IMG/VR virus record: IMGVR_UViG_3300029946_000007
Source of the DNA: a virus
Strand: one strand, 5' to 3'
Length of the DNA: 35,941 bases
Each line of letters opens with the position of its first letter. The first letter of the stretch is position 1. A program made the translations under genes and the position numbers. The notes beneath the pieces are model-generated. The model was not told where the DNA came from, made no database searches, and saw nothing but the letters and a program-made list of their open reading frames with translations. Of the stretch, positions 13,503 to 20,090 are shown in pieces.

Positions 13503-13836
13503 TTTCGAAAGCTGAATGTTTCTTTTTTTCTTCGGACTGTTCCGCTTTTGACAAGGCTTCTGCTTCGCGGCATTCCTTTTCCACATAGTACGCCGCAAGC
13601 CCTGCGGGAGTGATGAAATAATGCGTCGGGAACGTTAGCATAGTTATATTTGTTTTGCCTACCTCGAAGTCCTTATCTTCAAGGGCGTGGCTCCAAATAT
13701 AACCTTTAAAAAGCAAATAGTTAAGTATTTCGTTGTAATGTTCGATGCCGTGTGTTATAAAGATTGTTTCCACAGCTCCCTCTTCACGGCTGAGCTGTTC
13801 TAAGATTTCAAATTCGATGTTACAAAGTTTATCCAT
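13441..13836 (-). CDS. Tail-anchored membrane protein (131 aa) with a winged-helix-like N-terminal domain
   Basis: GAGGT SD. C-terminal TM segment FEIITISISVLALVSSILFRFF. Its 3' end overlaps the convergent gene 13086-13502 by 62 nt. Confidence 0.5.
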   Translation of the reverse strand: MDKLCNIEFEILEQLSREEGAVETIFITHGIEHYNEILNYLLFKGYIWSHALEDKDFEVGKTNITMLTFPTHYFITPAGLAAYYVEKECREAEALSKAEQSEEKKKHSAFEIITISISVLALVSSILFRFF

Positions 13837-13860
13837 AAATTACCTCAAGGAGAATGAAAG

Positions 13861-14052
13861 ATGAGTAAGTTAAAAGAGCGGCGAGAGGAATTGCGTTTAA
13901 CGCAAAAAGAAGTCGCCGAAAAAATAGGCATTGCTGAAAGTGCCTATCAGAGATATGAGCATACAAAAAGAGAGCCATGTGTTAGCACGGCTTTAAAGAT
14001 TGCTAAGGCGTTAAATACAACGGTAGAGGAGCTTTATTCTTCATCGATATAA
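13861..14052 (+). CDS. XRE-family HTH protein A (63 aa)
   Basis: AAGGAGA SD. Sequence LTQKEVAEKIGIAESAYQRYEHTKREP...IAKALNTTVEELY. Confidence 0.75.
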   Translation: MSKLKERREELRLTQKEVAEKIGIAESAYQRYEHTKREPCVSTALKIAKALNTTVEELYSSSI

Positions 14053-14237
14053 AGTTCTTCAACGGTTGTTTCTAAGGCTTTGGCAATGCGGACAGCCATA
14101 AAAGCAAGTGGAATTGTGTCGCCGCGTTCATATCTTTGATAGGCACTTTCTGCTATATTAGCGCGGTTGGCAACTTGTTTTTGAGTGAGTTTTAACTCTT
14201 GTCGGCGTTCTTTAAGCTTGTTATTCGGTTGGTTCAT
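14034..14237 (-). CDS. XRE-family HTH protein B (67 aa), a paralogue of A
   Basis: Sequence LTQKQVANRANIAESAYQRYERGDTIP...IAKALETTVEELY. Converges on A, with a 19-nt 3' overlap. Confidence 0.7.
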   Translation of the reverse strand: MNQPNNKLKERRQELKLTQKQVANRANIAESAYQRYERGDTIPLAFMAVRIAKALETTVEELYIDEE

Positions 14238-14430
14238 CTTCTAAAGGGAATACCTCTTCCACGGTGGCGTTTAACGCTTTAGCAATACGCAAAGCAATAT
14301 AAACGCTTGGAATTCTTGTTCCTTTTTCGTAACGATAAACAAGAGTATAAGTAGTTAAATTTGCCATTTCGGCAAGCTGTGGCTGTGTTATATTGAGTTT
14401 TTTTCGATATTCTGAAATTTTATTTGACAT
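14221..14430 (-). CDS. XRE-family HTH protein C (69 aa), a paralogue of A and B
   Basis: GAGGG SD. Sequence ITQPQLAEMANLTTYTLVYRYEKGTRIP...IAKALNATVEEVF. Overlaps B by 17 nt in the same operon. Confidence 0.75.
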   Translation of the reverse strand: MSNKISEYRKKLNITQPQLAEMANLTTYTLVYRYEKGTRIPSVYIALRIAKALNATVEEVFPLEDEPTE

Positions 14431-14445
14431 ATGCCCTCAAAACGC

Positions 14446-14474
14446 TTGACTATACCTATTGGTTATGTTAAAAT
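14446..14474 (+). promoter_or_regulatory. Strong promoter (TTGACT-17-TAAAAT) overlapping the divergent promoter of gene C
   Basis: TTGACT at 14446-14451 and TAAAAT at 14469-14474. A CTATACCT...AGGTATAG inverted repeat spans the promoter (5' arm 14450-14457 overlapping the -35, 3' arm 14494-14501 downstream of the -10), and the palindrome GTCAAATTTGAC lies just before the SD. Confidence 0.65.
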
Positions 14475-14580
14475 ACAATCGAACATGACCAAAAGGTATA
14501 GAAGCATAAATAAAAATTTAGTAAATCCGATTATACAACAAATCGGTTGCGATTGTCAAATTTGACAAAAGGAGCGAAGT

Positions 14581-14808
14581 ATGGTTGCAAAAACCCCGAA
14601 AGAGGTCTTAGAAAAGGAGTTTATCAGAACCGCGGATATTCGCGTGCTTATAGGTTGTAGCGAAGAAAATGCCTGCAAGGTCATGAAATCGGTTAAAGCC
14701 TTCCAGGACAGCACAGGCGGCTTACTTCGCGGGGTCTGCCATATAAACGACCTTAAAGCATGGATGAAGCATAATAGAGAAAAAGGCAAGGTGCGCGGTA
14801 ATGTCTGA
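14581..14808 (+). CDS. Small DNA-binding protein (75 aa), Tn916-Xis/MerR-like HTH; possible excisionase
   Basis: AAAGGAG SD. The pattern FIRTADIRVLIGCSEENACKVMKSVKA...GVCHINDLKAWM resembles excisionase-type HTH proteins (from memory). Confidence 0.35.
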   Translation: MVAKTPKEVLEKEFIRTADIRVLIGCSEENACKVMKSVKAFQDSTGGLLRGVCHINDLKAWMKHNREKGKVRGNV

Positions 14809-15022
14809 GAGCTTACGAGATTTACGCAAGGCAAGCGAAAAAACGCTTGCAGAGGTTGCAAAGGCTTTACATGTGACTATTCAAACGGTTTGCCGCTACG
14901 AGAACGGAAAGAGACGTTTAAATATTGACCAAGTTATACCGCTTGCTCGCCTTTACCATGTTTCCGCCGAAGATATTATCGCGGCGCAAGCTATCTCAGA
15001 GGCTGTTGGTAAGTCCGAGTAA
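14801..15022 (+). CDS. XRE-family HTH protein D (73 aa)
   Basis: Sequence TLAEVAKALHVTIQTVCRYENGKRRL. Overlaps the upstream gene by 8 nt. Confidence 0.7.
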   Translation: MSESLRDLRKASEKTLAEVAKALHVTIQTVCRYENGKRRLNIDQVIPLARLYHVSAEDIIAAQAISEAVGKSE

Positions 15023-15202
15023 ATAATCGGCTGAAACATCATAAAGCTTACAAAAGGTTACAAGAGTTTCAAGCGACGGCTCACGCGATCCGTTTTCATA
15101 ACGAAGCACGGTCTGAATTGTAATATTGAGTTTTTCGGCAACGTCTTTAAGCTTTAAACCTGCTTGTACGCGGCTTTCTTTTAGTCTTTGTGCTATAACC
15201 AT
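14996..15202 (-). CDS. XRE-family repressor E (68 aa from the ATG at 15202), CI-like by position
   Basis: GAGGT SD 8 nt before the ATG at 15202. Sequence LKDVAEKLNITIQTVLRYENGSREP. Divergent from a three-operator promoter. Its 3' end overlaps D by 27 nt. Confidence 0.75.
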   Translation of the reverse strand: MVIAQRLKESRVQAGLKLKDVAEKLNITIQTVLRYENGSREPSLETLVTFCKLYDVSADYLLGLTNSL

Positions 15203-15252
15203 AAATTTGACCTCAAAAAGTATATAAACCAAAACGGTAAAAAAAATTATAC

Positions 15253-15321
15253 ACCAAATTGGTTATAAATGCTTGACATATAACCAAATTGGTTATATAA
15301 TACATATATCCAAATTGGTTA
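15253..15321. promoter_or_regulatory. Three copies of a (T)AACCAAATTGGTTA-type palindromic operator
   Basis: ACCAAATTGGT at 15253-15263. TAACCAAATTGGTTA at 15281-15295, inside the promoter spacer. TCCAAATTGGTTA at 15309-15321. Confidence 0.8.
15273..15301 (+). promoter_or_regulatory. Perfect consensus promoter (TTGACA-17-TATAAT) of the replication/early operon
   Basis: TTGACA at 15273-15278, a 17-nt spacer that consists largely of the central operator, TATAAT at 15296-15301. Confidence 0.8.
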
Positions 15322-15460
15322 CATAAACGACCACAAATCAATTTTTAAATGAACAGATTCCTTAAAATGTTAAACGAGGAAACGAAGAACTTAACCAAAA
15401 CAGAGCAAAAAGAAGTTTTAAAGCGACTTTTTGAAATATATCCGAATTTAAAAAGGAACG

Positions 15461-15688
15461 ATGACAATGAACATGCCCTATCTTATAAGAACAGACCCCA
15501 AAGACCCACGCGGAGATAGAATTCAAATCGTAACATTCGGCGAGCCTATGCCGATAGCCGAAGATAATTCTTGTTTATGCGATAGGTGCAAAAAATCGGA
15601 AGGGTGTAAAATGAAACCTTTAACAGCACCTTATACGAGTTGTGTTTCATATAAATACAACCGCACTCGTTCGGATAAAAGCGAGTAA
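15461..15688 (+). CDS. Hypothetical Cys-containing protein (75 aa)
   Basis: AAAGGAA SD-like sequence before the ATG at 15461. Confidence 0.45.
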   Translation: MTMNMPYLIRTDPKDPRGDRIQIVTFGEPMPIAEDNSCLCDRCKKSEGCKMKPLTAPYTSCVSYKYNRTRSDKSE

Positions 15689-15701
15689 AGGAGAAAAGGA
15701 A

Positions 15702-15842
15702 ATGAAAGACGATTTTTTAGAGTACGGAAACAACCAACCACGTCCGACGTTTAAAGGCTTGTTAAAGCAATTATGCGTTTGGGGAATCCTGGCGGCGATA
15801 TTCGTCGTCGGCATGATATTAAACGGGAGCGTGAAGTTATGA
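15702..15842 (+). CDS. Small membrane protein (46 aa)
   Basis: AAGGAGA SD before the ATG at 15702. TM segment LCVWGILAAIFVVGMIL. Confidence 0.45.
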   Translation: MKDDFLEYGNNQPRPTFKGLLKQLCVWGILAAIFVVGMILNGSVKL

Positions 15843-16441
15843 ATGTGCTGATAGATTATCACGACGGAAGTTTTGCCGAGAAGCTCTCGGACACACATGA
15901 AGAGGATATTGACCGTCTTAACGATATGTTTGAAGACCCCGATTACGTGCCGATTGACTCCGAAAACCTTGTATTTGAATACGTAGGCGATGAAGACGTT
16001 TATATAAAGGCGTATGCCCGGTACATAATGTCACCGTTTGCGAATTGCGGAAAAGACTGCATAACGTTTACGGACGACGCGGTTAAGCACATAGCGGAAA
16101 ATTTAGACGTTATCGACGATGAGATGTTGCGCATGTACGTTGCAATGGCGTGTGCGGACAGGCTCGGCGATGAAGAGCTTAAAGCACGGTCTAAGGCGCG
16201 GCTTAACGAGATAATGACGGCTTATGCAAAAGAGCTTGAAGCAAAGCGCAAGCACACTGTAAGAGTTCCGCAAGCCTGCATAGACGGCGAGGACTGTTAC
16301 AAACGTTTTAAGGAGCATACTTGCCCCGAAAGCGCAAAATACGCAAGCTTGACGGACTACTTAAAAGAGAGGTGTCCGCTCGAGGTTGCCGAAAAAAGAG
16401 CCAACGAGACGGGAATACCGCTCGAGGTAATAAGACTTTAA
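15839..16441 (+). CDS. Hypothetical acidic protein (200 aa)
   Basis: ATG at 15839 overlaps the upstream stop (ATGA). GGGAG lies 10 nt upstream. Confidence 0.5.
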   Translation: MNVLIDYHDGSFAEKLSDTHEEDIDRLNDMFEDPDYVPIDSENLVFEYVGDEDVYIKAYARYIMSPFANCGKDCITFTDDAVKHIAENLDVIDDEMLRMYVAMACADRLGDEELKARSKARLNEIMTAYAKELEAKRKHTVRVPQACIDGEDCYKRFKEHTCPESAKYASLTDYLKERCPLEVAEKRANETGIPLEVIRL

Positions 16442-16457
16442 AAAAGGAGTGAAAGAC

Positions 16458-17135
16458 ATGAATTTATTTGAGAAGATTCAAAACGTTCGAAACGACTTGC
16501 GGCATGTAAAAATCAAAATGACCGGCAAAAATCTGTATGCGAAATACGATTATTTTGAACTCGATGATTTTTTGCCGCCGTTAACGGAGCTAATGCTTAA
16601 ATACAAAATAACGGCAATGCCGTCGTTTACGAATGAGATCGCCTCGCTTACGGTTATAAACAGCGAGACCCCCGAAGAGCGTTACACGATAACGTCTCCA
16701 TTCGGAACGGCAGACCTTAAAGGTTGTCACGAAGTTCAATGCATAGGCGCGGTTGAGACGTACCAAAGACGTTATTTATATCAAGCGATGTTCGATATTT
16801 CCGAAAGCGACGGCTTGAATAAAATGCAAGGCACGGATAAAGCGGAGCAGAAGGGTGCAACAAAGGCTAAAACAGCCACAGAAGCCCCGAAAGCTGACAA
16901 ACCGAAGGATAAAGCGGAAGTGCCTTTCCCCGACGCTAAGAACCCAGCCGAAGAGCTTAAACAAAAGCGCATGGCGGAAATAAAAGAGCTTATGAGTACA
17001 TATTCAGCCGATACAAAAAAGACATCGGCAAATATGAAAGCGTTTTGCGAAAAATACGGCTTTCCGACTGTAACGTCGCTTCCCGACGTGCTTTACGAAG
17101 AGCTTTGCAAAAAGATAGCGGCAAAAGAGTTGTAA
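16458..17135 (+). CDS. ERF-family single-strand annealing protein (recombinase)
   Basis: AAGGAG SD 8 nt before the ATG at 16458. The pattern NLYAKYDYFELDDFLPPL...CIGAVETYQRRYLYQAMFDISE fits ERF (from memory). It lies in the recombination module upstream of ssb. Confidence 0.6.
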   Translation: MNLFEKIQNVRNDLRHVKIKMTGKNLYAKYDYFELDDFLPPLTELMLKYKITAMPSFTNEIASLTVINSETPEERYTITSPFGTADLKGCHEVQCIGAVETYQRRYLYQAMFDISESDGLNKMQGTDKAEQKGATKAKTATEAPKADKPKDKAEVPFPDAKNPAEELKQKRMAEIKELMSTYSADTKKTSANMKAFCEKYGFPTVTSLPDVLYEELCKKIAAKEL

Positions 17136-17242
17136 TCAGATACAAACACGAGCGGCGGCGTGGTTGTAAATATTAAAAGGTAATATATTTGTGGTCGGTT
17201 GCTCCGCCGCAAAAGACCGCAGAGAACCTCAAAGGAGCGAAT

Positions 17243-17584
17243 ATGAAGAAAGCGGAAAAGCCCGAATTTACGGACGAAATGAGAGCCAAGCTTAATTCAA
17301 TGGTGCGGCTTTTGTACAAACGTTTTTACACAAAGCAGGAGCTTATGGAGATTTACAACGTCGGCGAACGTCAGATAAGAATGATGATAACGGCGATATC
17401 TCACAGGCTTCCCGTCATGTCAACAAGCGGCACAAATAACGGCTATAAGATAGCCACAAGCCCCGAAGAACTCGAGCTTGTGGAAAACTCATGGGCGGAG
17501 CTTTCAAGCCGTATAGAAGAGCTTCAGAAGCGCATATCGCCCCTTATAAAATTTCGAGACAAAATAAAATACGGAGTAAATTAA
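17243..17584 (+). CDS. Hypothetical protein (113 aa), possibly HTH
   Basis: AAAGGAG SD before the ATG at 17243. Confidence 0.45.
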   Translation: MKKAEKPEFTDEMRAKLNSMVRLLYKRFYTKQELMEIYNVGERQIRMMITAISHRLPVMSTSGTNNGYKIATSPEELELVENSWAELSSRIEELQKRISPLIKFRDKIKYGVN

Positions 17585-17585
17585 A

Positions 17586-17906
17586 ATGAAACTTGAAAAG
17601 AGCAAAGAAAAGAAAAAAGGCTTCCACATCACAATTAAAGACCTTACGACAGGCGACACGATAATCGATTCGGATTCAAAAGCGATACTCGGAAGCGTTG
17701 CTTGCGACGACGGCGTACACGGTATAGGCGTTACGGCATGTAACACGCTGACGCTTATAAACACGGTTAACGTCGCCGAAAAGCTTGTTAAATCGACAAA
17801 AAAAGAAGTGGTTAAGAAAGTCCCGCCCGAAATCATCTCAGACTTGTTATTCGGCGATGATGACGATGACGAGGATGAGGACGAAGAGGAAGACGACGAT
17901 GAATAA
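17586..17906 (+). CDS. Small protein (106 aa) with an uninterrupted 17-residue Asp/Glu C-terminal tail
   Basis: The C-terminus reads ...DLLFGDDDDDEDEDEEEDDDE. GGAG SD. Confidence 0.55.
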   Translation: MKLEKSKEKKKGFHITIKDLTTGDTIIDSDSKAILGSVACDDGVHGIGVTACNTLTLINTVNVAEKLVKSTKKEVVKKVPPEIISDLLFGDDDDDEDEDEEEDDDE

Positions 17907-18471
17907 AGTGGAAATTTCGAAGCGTTTGCTCGAAGATATGTACATTTCAAAACAAATGCCTATGTGGGAAATTGCAGAACTATGTGGTGTGGCGGTAGGG
18001 ACAGTTTACAATAGAATACATAGCTACAATATTGAGACTCGTCCCGCCCATAAAGGAATGCTGGGGAAAACGTTACCACGGTCGGCAAGAGAGCGGATAT
18101 CAAAAGCAACGAAAGGGAAAAAAGTATCAGCGGAAACACGATCGAAGATTAGTATGGCAATGAAAGGACGATTGTTAAAGCCTACTTTATATGGCGGACA
18201 TAAAAAGATACATCAAAAAGGGTATATCTTAGTTTATCAGCCTAAACACCCCTTTGCGTCAACAGACGGATATGTTTTTGAACATATCCTTGCATACGAA
18301 AAGGCAAACAACTGTTACGTTGACAGATCAAGATTTGTTATTCACCATATTAACGGTATAAAAACCGATAATAGAGTAGAAAATTTGGCTTTAATGACAA
18401 AACAGGAACACGCTTCAATGCACTCGAAAAAAAGGCATCAAGAAAGGAGAATGTTAAAAGATGCTCAATAA
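17899..18471 (+). CDS. HNH homing endonuclease (190 aa) with NUMOD3-like repeats
   Basis: ATG at 17899 overlaps the upstream gene end. Motifs SARERISKATKGKK and SAETRSKISMAMKG (NUMOD3-like) and HHINGIKTDNRVENL (HNH). GC looks lower than in the neighbouring genes. Confidence 0.8.
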   Translation: MNKVEISKRLLEDMYISKQMPMWEIAELCGVAVGTVYNRIHSYNIETRPAHKGMLGKTLPRSARERISKATKGKKVSAETRSKISMAMKGRLLKPTLYGGHKKIHQKGYILVYQPKHPFASTDGYVFEHILAYEKANNCYVDRSRFVIHHINGIKTDNRVENLALMTKQEHASMHSKKRHQERRMLKDAQ

Positions 18472-18874
18472 AGTAATCCTCATCGGAAATTTAACCAAAG
18501 ACCCCGAACTTTCGGAAACATCGAGCGGGATCTCCTACACGAATTTAAGCGTTGCCGTTTCCCGTCCGTTCGTAAACGAAGACGGGGAGCGCGCGACGGA
18601 TTTCTTCAACGTTACCGTGTGGAGAACCCAGGCGGAAAATTGCGCGAAGTATCTTACGAAAGGCAAGAAGGTGTCAATCATCGCGAGGCTTCAGAACAGG
18701 ACCTACGAGGATAAGAACGGAAACAAGCGGTATGTAAACGATATAATCGCCGAAGAAGTGGAATTTTTATCGCCGTCCGATAAATCCTCGGAAGAATATC
18801 AAAGACCGTCTGACCGCGTTTCTAAGGCTTCAAAACCTCAACTTGAGGAAGTACAGGAAGAACTGCCGTTCTGA
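18461..18874 (+). CDS. ssb: Single-stranded DNA-binding protein
   Basis: The OB-fold N-terminus MLNKVILIGNLTKDPEL...DFFNVTVWRTQAENCAKYLTKGKKV and the acidic tip ending EELPF are canonical SSB features. Confidence 0.9.
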   Translation: MLNKVILIGNLTKDPELSETSSGISYTNLSVAVSRPFVNEDGERATDFFNVTVWRTQAENCAKYLTKGKKVSIIARLQNRTYEDKNGNKRYVNDIIAEEVEFLSPSDKSSEEYQRPSDRVSKASKPQLEEVQEELPF

Positions 18875-19281
18875 TGAAATGCTTAATTTGCGGCGCGACC
18901 GTTAAAGGCGGGGCGGTATGTCCGAAATGTTGGAACAGCGTTTTTTCGACAATACCGACGAGCAAATACAACGCTCGGAAAGTTGTGACGGAAGACGGTG
19001 AATTTGACAGCAAATTAGAATGCCACCGTTGGAACGAGTTAAAGCTCCTCGAAAAAGCGGGAGCGATAAAGGAATTGAAAAGGCAGGTAAGATTGCCGCT
19101 TATAAGCAAAAGCCGCTACGGCAAAGAGATAGCTTATATCGCCGATTTTACCTACCTTGAAGGCGAAAAACTCGTCGTGGAAGACACTAAGTCGGAAGCG
19201 ACGAAAACACCGCTTTACAGGCTTAAAAAACGGCTTGTAGCGGAAAAATACGGAATAGTAATCAAAGAGATTACAAAATAA
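18874..19281 (+). CDS. DUF1064-type (PD-(D/E)XK-like) nuclease with an N-terminal Cys4 motif
   Basis: The pattern KYNARKVVTEDGEFDSKLECHRWNELKLLEKAGAIKEL...YIADFTY...VEDTK matches the DUF1064 pattern (from memory). Confidence 0.55.
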   Translation: MKCLICGATVKGGAVCPKCWNSVFSTIPTSKYNARKVVTEDGEFDSKLECHRWNELKLLEKAGAIKELKRQVRLPLISKSRYGKEIAYIADFTYLEGEKLVVEDTKSEATKTPLYRLKKRLVAEKYGIVIKEITK

Positions 19282-19294
19282 GGAGTTTATCGGG

Positions 19295-20089
19295 ATGAAG
19301 TGCGGATTAAAGACATTTCCGCTTCCGATAGATTTGAGCGACGAAGTTAAACTCGTGGAAGCCGAATTCGGTGTAAACGGATTCGCGGTATATATAAAGC
19401 TTATGCAAGCTATATACGCACGAGGTTATTACATGAAATGGGATATAGACACCTCACTCTTGTTTATTCGAGATTATTGCTTATCTGCGGTAGGTCGGAA
19501 TTTGGTGTCCGAAATTGTAGCGTGTTGCGTTAGGCGTGGAGTATTTGATATCCAGCTGTATCAGAAGTACAGCATATTAACAAGCAAGCGGATTCAAGAA
19601 ACGTTCCTTGTAGCAATGCAGCGAAGTAAAGAGATAGTTTTTGAAAAAAACTATGCTCTTCCTATCGTTTACGAATTTATCGGAAATGCTAACAAAAACG
19701 GGAAAAATGTTAACATTTTTCTAAAAAATGTAGACATTTTTCAACAAAAGAAAGGAAAGGAAAGGAAAAGAAATATATCTCTCTCTTCCCCCCCTACCCC
19801 CCCAACGGGGGAGAGTGAGGAAAACACAGGTTTAAAAGCATTCCTCGAAAGTCATCCGAATATCGAAGTTGACGGATATAACGGAAAGATTGCGGATATG
19901 GATTTTGACCGCTTAACGGCGGCGATAGCCGAAAGCGATTACTTGAAAGAAGTGACGTCGTTTTTATGGTTATGCAACCAATACGAGAAGATTGTCTCGG
20001 GGTATTACAAAACAATCAAAACGACCGTAAAAGAAAAAGGCGGAGTAAAGCCCGCCGAGAATTGGACGGACGTTTTAGCGAGGTTATAA
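19295..20089 (+). CDS. Replisome organiser / replication initiator (Lin1244-DUF4373-like N-terminal domain)
   Basis: AAGGAG SD. The N-terminus FPLPIDLSDEVKLVEAEFGVNGFAVYIKLMQAIY fits the DUF4373 pattern (from memory). Contains internal iteron-like repeats. Confidence 0.55.
   Translation: MKCGLKTFPLPIDLSDEVKLVEAEFGVNGFAVYIKLMQAIYARGYYMKWDIDTSLLFIRDYCLSAVGRNLVSEIVACCVRRGVFDIQLYQKYSILTSKRIQETFLVAMQRSKEIVFEKNYALPIVYEFIGNANKNGKNVNIFLKNVDIFQQKKGKERKRNISLSSPPTPPTGESEENTGLKAFLESHPNIEVDGYNGKIADMDFDRLTAAIAESDYLKEVTSFLWLCNQYEKIVSGYYKTIKTTVKEKGGVKPAENWTDVLARL
19702..19803. other. Candidate origin of replication inside the organiser gene
   Basis: A 20-bp perfect palindrome GAAAAATGTTAACATTTTTC (19702-19721). 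A second palindrome AAAAATGT-AG-ACATTTTT (19724-19741), 21 bp out of step. Then a polypurine tract (19746-19773) and a polypyrimidine tract (19779-19803). Confidence 0.45.
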
Positions 20090-20090
20090 C

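Noticed and set aside
14446-15022. An anti-CRISPR (acr-aca) operon: a strong promoter with inverted repeats, a 75-aa unknown protein, then an overlapping small HTH gene.
   Set aside because: The architecture fits, but the 75-aa protein itself looks like a Tn916-Xis/MerR-type HTH protein (possible excisionase) rather than an unknown effector. There is no positive evidence for anti-CRISPR function from sequence alone.
17504-17950. A 148-aa minus-strand ORF with a poly-Ser run.
   Set aside because: It is the antisense reading of the GAT/GAG/GAA repeat that encodes the acidic tail of the plus-strand gene. It has no SD.
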